NCBI GenBank assembly: GCA_001642005.1 | Contig: LWCA01000012.1 | Location: 27,159-91,158, forward strand | Direction: 5' to 3' | Length of the DNA stretch: 64,000 nucleotides | Source of the DNA: Intoshia linei | Taxonomy: Eukaryota; Animalia; Orthonectida | Shown: piece by piece, positions 12,201 through 24,100 of the stretch | Position numbering within the stretch: position 1 is the first letter of the stretch | Layout of the letters: every line of letters starts with the position of its first letter | Position numbers and translations under genes: made by a program | Notes under the pieces: generated by a model | Seen by the model: the letters and a program-made list of their open reading frames with translations, nothing else | Databases searched by the model: none | What the model was told of the DNA's origin: nothing

Positions 12201-15200
12201 AGATTGTGTGCCGTGAATTGATTCAATATCAACATTAAATTCATTAATTGAAGAAGGTGCAGTTTCATCAACTTCAAGTGTTGCCATATGAAATCCTTGA
12301 CATACAAACACATGCTCATTTGATAATAATCCCAAATTGGCATTGATACCAAAAACCTTTTTAATTCCAACATTAATGAGTAAATTTTTAAGGTTCATCT
12401 TGGACGTGACATTAAACTTTGGTAAAAACAAACTGACTGGTCCAACTTTGGCTCCTGTCTCAAAAACCCCAATCCAATCATTATCGCGTAAACATTCAAG
12501 TGGTTGAACTATTAGTAAACTGAGTCCATTTAAAGAATAAGGAATTTCTACAATATTAAACTTTTCATTTTGAAAATGTTTGAATGTTGCGTTGATGTAC
12601 ATTGTGTCAACTTGGGTGACTTCATCCAGCCCCATCGAAGTAAATTTCCGTTTACTAGTAAGATTTTTATCAAATGGTTGTTTAAATGCTGCTTTCATGG
12701 AGATTGCATTAATAATAACCGATCTTACACCTGGTAAAATCGCCCCTTCTGGTACAAGATCATTTATTTCATTGTGAGTAATTTTACTAACAACCTCATT
12801 AATTTTATCTACTTCTTCTTTCTTTGTAAAATCCATTGTCTCGACATTGTCATAATCAATTCCAATATCAAAAAGTGATTTTAAATAGCATGGTTTTATG
12901 TAATACCCAAATGAAATGTAAAATTTGTTGATCATTTCAAATTTGATATCGTTAGATAGCATAATTTCATTTTTCAAGTTTGATAACCATTCAAAAGATT
13001 TACCTATATTGTTAAATTGGAGAAATTCACTGCGAGCCATAGATGGCACACCGTAATATATCATTGATAGAACCATATCCATTGACAATTGTGAAAAACA
13101 TAGATTATCATCGTGACTATTTTCAACCAGTGTTTGCATTATAACACTGTGCACATCTTTTTTTGTCGATCCTGTTTTAAATAATATTGAATTTATACAA
13201 ACCAAAGTTGCAACAAGTATGGATAAAATTTTAAACATTTCTAGTTCTTTTTAGATTAAGATTCAAATAAATGAAATTATCAAATTATTTATTGGTTTAT
13301 ATACACTCGCATTATCACAGTTTGATGATTTTGGGTTTCAAATTCAGAAATGCAATATGCGGATAAATACATTATCTTGATTTTTCCTCATGCTAGATTT
13401 CATATGTAGCATTATAAGATTATATGTTATTGAAATTAAACAATTTTGTAGCCAATTATTAAAAATGTTTAACTTTGACTGAAATGTAGATGGATCAATT
13501 ACGAAAAATGCAGTATAGTGTACCGATTACCAGAATGCATATTTCACAGAGTGTGAACTGATGATATTAGATATATTATTATAATTATGATCTTGTTAAA
13601 TTAATGTACAGTAAACGTTTTGTACAATTTCGTGTCAACCTGTGCAAAGGGTAATTGTACATTTGCCACTGATTTTCAATTCTGCCAATTCACAACCAAT
13701 GTAAAACTACCAATACAAGTTTTTAACCTTTAAAAATTTCATTAAAAGATTATTTTAATAATTGCAAAAAATCCTTTCTGAGTTATGAATACTAAGTTAA
13801 TTCTAACGTATATAATATGCTACGCGATTTTTGTTTGTGTGTGTGTCCTGCTTTATTTAAATAACTACCCGTCTTAGAATTTTATAAAGTCCACATTTCA
13901 ATTACAGTTTCATTACAAATTTTTTCGGGGGTGTTTGCAAACATAATTTTAACATCCCAAACTCCCATCTTACAGGTCAAAAACCCCAATTGTCCAAATT
14001 ACCCTTCTTTTTTAAATGAAAACAGCCCTAGAATTTAAAAAAATTGACAGGTTGTACAGTTGTATCCTGTTAACACACACAGAAAATTTCAATCCGAATA
14101 CTGACGACTTCACGGCCAAAAAAGCATTTTAGTATGCATATTGTTTTTTTCGAAATATTTTATTAAAACAAAAAATGTGAAATAATTATAGGTCCAAAAA
14201 TTAAAAAAAATACTTAACAAAAAATAGCAGTGAACGTCTACACATTTCCAATAAAGAAATATGGGTGAAAATCTATATAATTCATTCTTTCGGAATTTTT
14301 TTTATTGCTACTCAATTTTTAAATTTCAAATTCTTATTTTCAAAACATTTTGAATAAAATTTAAATAGAAACTAAAAAAACTGTTAATATCATTTTTATA
14401 TTTATTACAATCCTTTGTTAAGTCAAATGTTAACAAACAAAAAATTAAGATGAAATAATTGACTGTAAGGTAATGTTATATGATGGTTCCACATGACACA
14501 AATTTGGGAACCACTCTTTTGAAGGATTGATAATAGTGAATAGTAGGATTTTTAAATTATATTTTCAACGTCAATTTATTTTTTAAGTATAATACAAATG
14601 TGCCCTCGGCAGAGCTAGGTCCTGTTTGTACGTAGTACATAACAATTAACCTAGTGTTATATAAGTCTAGCTTGCTTGATTTGTACCCATCTGCGTTAGA
14701 GCATAATTTCTTATTATTTTTTTAACCGATTTGCTATTTACCTATTTGCTTAATGTATTAAAAATTTCGTACACACCAGAATAATAAATTCCATTTTAAT
14801 TTTAAACTTAGGCAGGTTACTTATTTAACACAATATTAGGATGCAATCTACCAAAAATATTATGCTCAATAAATGAATTACTCGGAATTGAAAAAGAGGT
14901 TATTATGGGATTGAAATCAAAAATCGTATATTTAAAAAAAATGTTAATATAAGGTATCTAGAATATCGATATGGATACTGAAACTCTTATGTTTAACAAA
15001 GGTAAATTAATGCGATGAAACGACCATAGTTAAACAGTTTTATCGTCTCTATACATATATATCTTAATACCACTATTTACTGAACAAAATATATATTGTA
15101 ACTTTACTATGATAAATTTAATTTATGACTGTCATAAATTATGACTTACAATGCATTTTCGATATAAATATATTACAGTAATTAAATATATTGATAAATC

Positions 15201-18200
15201 ATTTAAAATTTAAAATTTGTATAAATTGTGTTAATTTATACTCAAAAACTCAACATTACTATAGTTATATTTAATTGTATAATATGACGACATTATATAC
15301 ATCTAATAATCTTGGATAGTCGTACACCAAACATATATATGTTTTAATTGATTTTATATGTTGTATTTATCCCTTGAATACATTTACCTACACAACATAA
15401 TAGATGATGATATGAAATGGGACAATGAAATTATCAAGTTGAATCCAATAAATAAAGGTATAATGTAAAATTAATATACTAATGTTACATTTCATTTATT
15501 AAAAGTAGACTAAAATTTTAATTTAACTGATTAATGATAATAATAAATTAATTTAATATTTCAGAATTCAGTATGGACAGAAGAGGTATACTAATCGACT
15601 ACATTAATATAACTACATTGATTTTCAATATTTATTGCGTATTTTAGTATAGTTAAAGTTAGAATATATTAAATATAATTAATAAATTAATGCATATAAT
15701 GAAGTACATTTGTATAATAATAATGTATCATTTGTAAATAAGTATCCCTTCATTACTCAGTTTAATTAATCCTATATAGATTTTTAGATACCTCACCATC
15801 CATTCCATTATTATAGTATTTTATTTATTTAAACTTATGATCTGTTCATTTTCATAAAATTTTAATCTTGAATGTACTATTTACTTTATTTTAGATAAAA
15901 TTAAGAATCGAGAATTGCGGTATAGTTTAATAAAGCGTTACAGTTTACCATTGGAAGTCATACAAAATATTTCATCAAATAGTTTAAATTATTACAAAAA
16001 TAGTGTCGACATGACTAGCACACCTTCATATAAATCAAATGTATGGGTAGAGACACCTTATGGAGATAAAGCCAATGCAGCAGATGTAAATAATTCAGAA
16101 AATGACGTTGACTCGGCATCTATCCCGATTAAACAACTTTCCTTGTCAAATTCACCAGAGCCAGATTTTATCGGCTGTATTGGAGATAGTTTAAATATTA
16201 ATACTAAAAATTATAGGAGATATGAATCTTCAATTTTAGATAATATTGGTATTTACATTAATTTACTATAAGGGTCAGTTAATATGCTAGGGAAAATTTA
16301 TCTTTTATTGTTACAATTGAATTCAACCTTTCCATCAGAATATTATTAACGTTTATATCTATATCATATACTAGTATTATAGTAGTATTATAGTATTATG
16401 TACGTCGTACAAACAATAATGTTTGATTTAACTGGATATAAATGTATCATCTGTAATTTTTTTAAATTATAGGGGTGTTTATATTTTTAAAAAAAAATAA
16501 TATGTGGTTTTGATTCTGAAATGAAATTTTGTGCGGTTGCTATTTATGATAATGCTTATGATTTTAAAATACATCCCAGAATTTATGTTTAATAAAATTT
16601 TAGGACATGTTTCATTTTTAAAATAAATTGTAATTTGGGGTTTTGACCATGAACGTGTGCGTTTATGAGACTAAGGTTTACGAAAATAGTAATTATTTTA
16701 AAACGGAATTTTAAAAAAATTGCGAAGTCATGAATTATATAGATTTTAACCCATTTCTTTATTGGAAATGTGTAGACGTTCAATGCACATTTTTTTTGAA
16801 ATTGTAAGATCAATATTTACATTTTCAATTTTTATTATAATGGAAATATTTGAAAAATATTGGTTGATAATATATTAAAAATTATTTTTCACTGGGAATG
16901 CGTTGATTTTTTGCAATTGACATTTTGTATTTATGTCAACTGGAATAAGCTCTATCAGAATAATTTTTTTTTTTAATTTCGGACAGTGTATTATTTCACA
17001 TTTTTTGTTTTCATAAAATATTTAGAAAAAAAATATATAAATACTAAAATGCTTTTTTGACCGTGAAGTCGTCACTTATTCAGATTGAAATTTTTTGTGT
17101 GTATTAACAGGATACAACTGTACCACCTGTAAATTTTTTAAATTCTAGGGCTGTTTTCATTAAAAAAAAGGGTAATTTGCGGTTTTGGCCCTGAAGATAT
17201 ATTTTTTAAATTTAAATTTATGATAATCTTTATGATTTTAAAATCCGTATCAGAGTGTTTATTTTTTTAAATTCTCGAACTTTTTTGATTTTTAAAAAAA
17301 AAGGACAATTGGGTTTTGACCCGTATTGTACCGTATTTTTTATCGTACATCGTACCCATATTTCTTTTTTTACATATTTTTCATGATTTATTTATTCTTG
17401 ATTACAATTCTAGCATTAGTTATGCACTTATTCCAGTATTGTTTCTTATTTCATTTTATTAATAAATTAAAACTGTTAGTTTAATAATGATTTGAGTAAA
17501 GATATTTTTTTGTGCGGCCGCGTTATATTTTTTTGTCACATTCGGCTTGCCATGCAAATTAAGTCTAACACCCCCAAATATAATATTTGATAGATTCACT
17601 ACTTTTTTAAAAAAATCTTGCCTTTTAAAATATAAAGAGTGCTCTTTCTGCAGGATCATTTACAGATACATGTAGAGCTCGTCTAACCGCATTAACATTT
17701 TATTTAAGATAATCTTGGTGTAGAATAAACTATTTCATTGGAAATTCTACTACATGTATGAGATGCATTTTTAAATTCATTTTTTTCTATATAATCCTAC
17801 TTTTTAATTATTTTGGGTCATACACAATGTGTATTGCATGGAATTATGTTTTCATTAATTATCATAATTTGAAGCATTTACGAGATATATAACAACCATT
17901 ATTTGTAAATACCGAAAATTAACGAAATGTTGAAAAGAACTTCATTATACCGAAAAAATTAATGTATCAGTATATTTGAAAAAATTTTGTGTTCATTGAA
18001 CACTTAGCATGTTTACTTATCTTGAGAGTAATGTGTAATACACATTTTGTATGTTAATTAATAAATATTTAATTTATCTGTACTACTTAGGAGAAGAATC
18101 AGAAGGTAAATCAAAATCAGGTATTCATTAATACTCATTTTAAGTGTTATTATTATTAAAAAAGGACAATTTTTATTCATTATTTTGCACTTTATTACAA

Positions 18201-19337
18201 AATTTTCATTTTCCAAATAAATCATTATCTACATTTCAGAATTTAATATCTTTTGAATGGTTTAAACTTTAAAGCCAACGAACTTTTAATTGATAAAAAA
18301 TGACTAATTCCGTGTAGAAACAATTGAAAACCGTGTAGATTTGGATTAATTTCAAATTAGGCATATGAGCGATTTCTACTGTAATGTATAGATTGTACTC
18401 AAATTTAGATACCAACAGATTTAGTCAAGACGGTATATACATTTCATCTGAAAATGGTGATTTAATTTCATGATCCTTACTAATATAAATAGAATATTTG
18501 TTTGTCTGTGTTCCAATTTATTTGAAAATCTGACAATCCCACAAATTTAAAAATCACAAATTACGTGTCAGTTTTCAAAATATTTTCTTCTATTTTAATA
18601 AAAGTGCACAAACTAATGTATATTTAGAACTATCCGGTGAATTTGACCTGACCAAAAATGAGAATGAAAAAAGCATTCAAAAAGATTTAACTATTTTGAA
18701 TGCACCACGAAATATCCCTGAATCTGAGTCAGAAAAGTCGTCTTTTAATCAATCCAAAATATTAATTGAAGTAACTAATGAATTGGAAAAGGATCACAAA
18801 TCAGGAAACTCAAATAATTCAGATAACGATAAAAAAAAATCTGACATTGAAAAATCCGATTTATCTGTCACTATTAATCAGTCCAACTCTTCAAATCCAT
18901 ATACTATTCAAGATGAAATTCATTTAAGTGTAGCGGAAGAAAGTGACATTATTGTAGAAACACGACATGGAGATGGTGACAAAACTGATAGACTATCAAA
19001 TGAAAATACGAATCCTACAGACGATTATACCACATCAATTAAAATATCTGAAAATATTATTGTAACGGATGTATCTTCGCAAGATCAACAGATTTCTGAA
19101 TCTACAAAAAGTTTGTCAATACCAATCGAATCTGGTGACTCGAGAGAAAACAGTATCATAGAAAGTTTTAAAAAAGATACTACAAATAATGATTCAACTA
19201 AACTTTCCATCTCGTCTGACAAAGTAACGAACACAGTTACAAAAGCAGTGGAAAGCAATAATGACCAAGAGAATGCTTCAAAAATTTCAAATCCTTCTGA
19301 TGTTAATTACAATAGTCGAACAAGTAGTAATGTGTAG
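9239..19337 (+). CDS. Thioredoxin-domain protein of NME8/NME9 type (WCGAC) with a low-complexity Ser/Asn/acidic tail and no NDK domain; 11 predicted exons
   Basis: Phase-consistent GT-AG exons 9239-9323, 9794-9894, 10817-10888, 14812-14925, 14962-15001, 15404-15457, 15565-15585, 15895-16248, 18091-18120, 18409-18432, 18628-19337. Translation: MVKSIVKFQKNLANDDMWKSMLINEGVN|VIDVYQKWCGACSALNNQL..FYS|ACVEDIEDLTKFKGHCIPTTLLFS|AGYLFNTILGCNLPKILCSINELLGIEKEVIMG.. It aligns exon by exon with the Trx domain of the gene at 21139. The tail micro-exons are less certain. Confidence 0.8.
10400..10703. mobile_element. hAT-type MITE (copy 1 of 2)
   Basis: TIR CAGCGGTTC../..GAACCGCTG, GGTACCCC subterminal repeats, degenerate 8-bp flanks GTCTATTG/CTTTATTG. 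A near-identical copy lies at 26036-26334. Confidence 0.8.
11135..11680. repeat. Degenerate tandem array of about 30-bp units (AAAAATCCAATTTTACCAA core)
   Basis: The core motif recurs more than 10 times here and again at about 35960-36260. Confidence 0.6.
12096..13238 (-). CDS. Serpin, 380 aa, single exon, signal peptide, probably non-inhibitory; nested in intron 3 of the Trx gene
   Basis: Hydrophobic N-terminus MFKILSILVATLVCINS. Serpin motifs NLCFSQLS(M..LSMIYYG), INEVVSKITHNEINDL, VIINAISMKAAFKQPF..T..RKF, VDTM, IVEIPY..LSLLIVQP, LFLPKF, FGINANLGLLS, H.ATLEVDE. Confidence 0.93.
   Translation of the reverse strand: MFKILSILVATLVCINSILFKTGSTKKDVHSVIMQTLVENSHDDNLCFSQLSMDMVLSMIYYGVPSMARSEFLQFNNIGKSFEWLSNLKNEIMLSNDIKFEMINKFYISFGYYIKPCYLKSLFDIGIDYDNVETMDFTKKEEVDKINEVVSKITHNEINDLVPEGAILPGVRSVIINAISMKAAFKQPFDKNLTSKRKFTSMGLDEVTQVDTMYINATFKHFQNEKFNIVEIPYSLNGLSLLIVQPLECLRDNDWIGVFETGAKVGPVSLFLPKFNVTSKMNLKNLLINVGIKKVFGINANLGLLSNEHVFVCQGFHMATLEVDETAPSSINEFNVDIESIHGTQSTPTEIRIDSTFYAYVVYESNNDKRVVFNSLIQKL
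13296..13303 (-). promoter_or_regulatory. Candidate TATA box of the serpin
   Basis: TATATAAA on the minus strand about 58 nt upstream of the serpin ATG; a minus-strand AATAAA lies at 12049-12054 after the stop. Weak evidence in an AT-rich background. Confidence 0.3.
13801..14654 (+). mobile_element. Helitron-like non-autonomous element (most complete copy)
   Basis: The 5' end matches the family consensus A|TCCTTACTTATATAATATGC (degenerate here) plus a TG microsatellite. The 3' end GCCCTCGGCAGAGCTAGGTCCTGTTTGTACGTAGTACATAACAATTAACCTAG|T has a hairpin and CTAG terminus. Inserted between A and T with no TSD. Confidence 0.7.
16460..17330 (-). mobile_element. Helitron-like repeat, internal fragments
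   Basis: Reverse-complement similarity to 13801-14654 and 27160-27910 (e.g. TTTTTGACCGTGAAGTCGTCACTTATTCAGATTGAAATTTT). Confidence 0.6.
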
Positions 19338-19554
19338 GAATATATTGTCTTCATTTTGAACATTTTTCATGTGTAAAATCTTTACAATTTAGTATGCATG
19401 TAAATTTTTGTTTTTAGTATGTCTAATACATTTTGTTCGTTAATTGTTAATTTTATAAATAGTGAACAAGCATGTTTTAAGTATGTTTCAACTAAGATAA
19501 TATCTTTAGTTTATTTGACATTATTATTGTCGAATGAATTCTACATTTAAAATT

Positions 19555-20019
19555 GGCAGTCGATTTATTAGCAATCAAATAAAATGCGTTAACATTAAAT
19601 AAAGTGACTTAACATCAAATTGTAAATTCTATTATCAAATAAATACAATAGTAGTCAATAGAAAGTAATTAGACAATACTTTTATTTAATTTGAAGGCAA
19701 TTTATCACGTCTAGCAACAATGCATATATTTGTGCTCAAATTAAATTTTATAGTATCAGTAATGTTAATTTTCCAAGTTAATTTATCAAATAATAACATT
19801 TAAAATCAAATTAATTTTATTTAACTTCAAATTTATGATTAACCGTCAAATTCAAATTTTTATAAATCAAATAAATAATTATATGTAATGCAAATGAATA
19901 TTAGTTTTAATATTTTTTAGCATATTGATTAAATAATTTTATTTTAATGATTATTTTAAATCATTGATTAAATGATTAATGTTAGCGCATTTTATGTGAT
20001 GGCTAATAAATCGACTGCC
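19555..20019. mobile_element. MITE with about 42-bp TIRs (possibly Mutator-like)
   Basis: GGCAGTCGATTTATTAGCAATCAAATAAAATGCGTTAACATT at 19555 and its reverse complement with 3 mismatches ending at 20019. No clean TSD. Confidence 0.75.
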
Positions 20020-20069
20020 GATTTAATTGAATTTTCTTATAATTAATATTTCCATTAATTATTAATTAA

Positions 20070-20380
20070 GTTTCCAGAAAAATTTTTCATTTTGAAGGAA
20101 ATATTGAAATATTGGAAACAAATGAAAATATATTTGATGGATGTATGGAAAAAATGTTCGAAGAATATGAAGTATGTTATAACAATCAGGAATGGAAGCT
20201 ATCAACGTGTACTTGTCGATTTTTTTTAAAAAATTTTAAATGTAAAAACTTAATATTGGTAGCAATGCATTTAAATTTATTGAAAAATGATGATTTATTG
20301 GTTAAATCAAAATCAATTTTCATCGGAGAAAAAAAAGAGGACGTCCCAAAGGAGCCACAAGGGCTTTAATTGTAGATTAA
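20070..20380 (+). pseudogene. MULE/Mutator-type transposase C-terminal relic (SWIM zinc finger + AT-hook)
   Basis: WKLSTCTCRFFLKNFKCKNLI (CxC..CxH with H changed to N), then after a frameshift in an A-run KRGRPKGATRALIVD*. Confidence 0.7.
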
Positions 20381-21138
20381 ATAAACATTAATTAGTAGTA
20401 AATTTACTTTTTTCCTCATCTTATATATAATTTGATACTACACATGCGATTTAATTTAATGTTTATTGTAATTATTTGACTGTTCAATCATCTATTTTAT
20501 TTTTTTAAAAATATCTTTATTTTGACCTATCTGAATTTTATCGTCTATAAAATTACCTGTGATATACAATAAAGTTCAATTTAATGTTTTATTTATAAAT
20601 AAGTTTTTTGAGTGACATAGTTAAAAACGATGAAAATAATCAATTTCAAGGATTGAATTGTAGATTTATGAAATTAATATAAAAAAGCATTCCAAAATAT
20701 GAAATTTATAGAATTGTAGGATCCTTAGTTTTGATTTATTTTTTAATTTTATATGTGCAAAATCAAAAAATTATTAATATTTCATGCTAAAATGCTATTA
20801 ATAAGTGTATTAATTTTGAATGTCAAGATGCTAGTTTTAAGATTGAAATTTTGTTCAGAATATAACCAGGAAAAATTGCTAAAGAATTCAATTTTTTTTA
20901 TTATCGGCATGCTAATAAGAGTCACACAGACTTTTAATTTTGTACAAGTTAGGATATACATTTTTTTGCGTTATATTCTATATATTTTTTGTTTACTTTT
21001 ATTGTATCCCTACATTCTTACTAAAAATTAAATTAATATAATGAATCTTTACAATAGATAACAACAGTATCTCTGTAAAGTAAACATTAAGGTAACTAAA
21101 ATATTTGAAATTAAGAATACCTGTATTATTAAAATTTA

Positions 21139-24100
21139 ATGTCTAAACGTAAAGATGCCGTCGTATTTCAGACAACTATAGAAAACACTGAGCAGTGGAA
21201 AAAAACTATTCACAGTCCGGGTCTTCACGGTATATTTAATGATTTAAATTATAAAATAGATTAGTATAGAATTAAAGTTGTATTATAGCTTTTATTTCGT
21301 ACCATTACTTATACGTTCATAAAATTAATGTAGTAATTGATGTGTATCAAAAATGGTGTGGGCCAGTATCAGCTCTGGTTCAAATATTTCGAAAATTATG
21401 CAATGAAATTGGAAACGAATTACTAAAATTCCATGTGGTAGGTTTCTATTAATATTTAGCGGTTACACAATACGGTGATGTAGGGTAGTTTCGTCTTACA
21501 TTTGAAATGATACGAAAGAGAATATTAAAAAATGACGAGTAACAATTTAGATTCTATATTATATAACAGTTACCACCAAACTACGGCACGCTGACCAAAT
21601 CCGGTCCGCGAATTACAAATCTATTACAAAATACACCAGTGTTATCTTACAAATTATCATATATCATCGACTTAGATTTTAAATATATACTACCGACTTG
21701 TCATTTCTATACCATGAGAAACTTGTTGATTTATTAAATTTTAAATCATAATTTAAAATACCGTGATGTATTTTTCTATCTAACCGCGGATTTTTTTTTA
21801 GTTGTTCCGGCTCCATGTTATACAACATTCAATAAAAATTTAAATAAAGCTTTGGATACAAGATCCGATGACTTGTTGAATAAAACAGATTAATTTTATA
21901 GCACATGAATTTTAATTAAAATTAAAAATATATATTAACACTAATTTAAAGCATATCTTTATTAATTTTGCTTTAAAATAATGAATAAGCCTTAACCCTA
22001 GAATACCCTAAAACTAGATTTTAAAAACCTAAATTTGACCATTTGACCTAAATTTGGTGGTTAAAATCACCACTGATAATAGTTCTCGTTATATTTTGAT
22101 AGTTCAAAGGGTTAAACCTCTTGTGTAGTTATTAATGACATTTGAAACTAAAGCAGAACATACGGTGTGATATCTCGTCACGTATATCCTCCGAATAATT
22201 CAATCGTATGATAAATTTAACTATGCACCAAAGAACAAAAACTCAATAATATTATCTTAGATGGGAACATATTTTTAACACAAATGTAATCGTAGTAAGT
22301 AACTACGGTCTCATTACTGATATTTGATAGATAAATGTGAAAACAGCTGATAGTTATGATGATACTATTTTCAAGTTGACGGATATCATGGAATTTTTTA
22401 TGAAATCTATTTGTTTCATACGTTACTTATTTCTTTTAGGCCTGTGCTGATACCATAGAAGTTCTTGAACCCTACAGAGGAAAAAGCAAACCAGTCACAA
22501 TGTTTTTTGCGGTAAAATCATTTATTATCACGTAAATAGCTAAAAATGGATTAATTGTATGTCTGTTTGATTGTAACCATTTATTTAGAAAATAAACAGT
22601 TTCAAAACTTTAAATAACACAATTTCTAGTACAGTTTTTCAAATCCAATACATTTTCATTGTCTGATATAGCCATCTTCATCCCCAAACCCACAAATTAC
22701 CGATTATTTCAAATATAAAACTAGTCCATTAAATTAGATCCAATAAAAAATATTGATAATTAAGATGCTATCATTAAAAAAAAATATATAGTCTGATATA
22801 CTTAATTCGAGTTGATATAAACTAAAAATATTCACATCAGAAATCTCATACTTCTGGTCAAAACGCTTTTTAATATATTATCAATCTATATATTTTAAAT
22901 TTTTGAACAATAAAAATTTAAATATTTATGATAAAGTAAAAAAAATGAGTTTCAATCTCAAAGATTGATTTTTCAATTAAAATCACCTATAACTTTGTCA
23001 TTATCAATTTGAAATTGATGAGATTTTGGAATATTTAGTTAATTTGCATTTTCAGTTAATAAAATTATAAAATGTCTGCTAATTAAATTCATTTCGCAAA
23101 TTATGGAAGAAATTTTAAATTTAAATTGATACTAAAAATGAAACACCCAGGTTACAATATCTACAATGAATATTTTGAAAATTTTTGAAATTGCATTTAT
23201 TGAATTTTATTATTTGTTTTAAATTCAAATTTTAATTTAATTGTTTAACTTTTTGGCTCTTTAAGAAAAATGATTAAAACATTGTAGCTTTGTTACCTAG
23301 TAACAATACTATTCCTAGTGTACTTTGGTAGTGCTGTGTATTCCAATACCATATAAGATATTTACTTCACAATATTGACTGCTTAATAGTAGCAATGTTT
23401 AGTGTACACTGTACAGTACACTTTAGGTGTTAACTTTTCACAAAAAAAAAATACAGGGTCATACATAATGAAAAATGTAAGTATATTTATGATTGCTGTT
23501 TTTAAAGTATAATTTCCAAAAAGTCAGGCCCACGTCGACAAAATAGTTTTCTAAAATATATATAATATATTTTACGTAACCTTGTCATTTAGTTTATTTT
23601 CATTATACAGGCTAATTCCTCGTTAACGGAAAAAAATTCCTGATTAACGGATGGTGAATTTTTCTCAAGTACAAGAATTCCGTTAAATTATAATTTAAAA
23701 TTATATCATCATAATTTTTAAAAACATCAGAGTACTCGACGGAAACAGTTTTCATAAATCTCCAGTTATTATTAATTCAACTTATATATTGTTAACGGTA
23801 TTATGTGCTTATAAAATATAATATATACATAAAATGTGGATTATTAATAATTAAACCGAAAAATGAATACTTTGATTCTGATTAATATTAATTACATTAA
23901 ACTATGTAATCCTATTTACCTTAATCCTGTTAGTTAGACATCAATCAGACACCGATTATTCTTGTTTCATTATTATTAATTCAACATAAACAATTCATTT
24001 AATTTGATTTTGTATAATGATATTTTGCGCATTGTGACTATTGATTATACGGATATTTTAATGTTTAATGTTTCTAATACTATAACTAAAAGCCAGAAAA

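Noticed and set aside
12110-12777. Alternative-frame and antisense ORFs inside the serpin
   Set aside because: Shadows of the real CDS.
12096-14654. Serpin captured by the adjacent Helitron
   Set aside because: The element's 5' terminus (13801) and 3' CTAG (14654) both lie outside the serpin, so it is adjacent rather than enclosed.
20753-21031. 92-aa ORF upstream of NME8
   Set aside because: AT-rich, no motif, and not needed for the NME8 model that starts at 21139.
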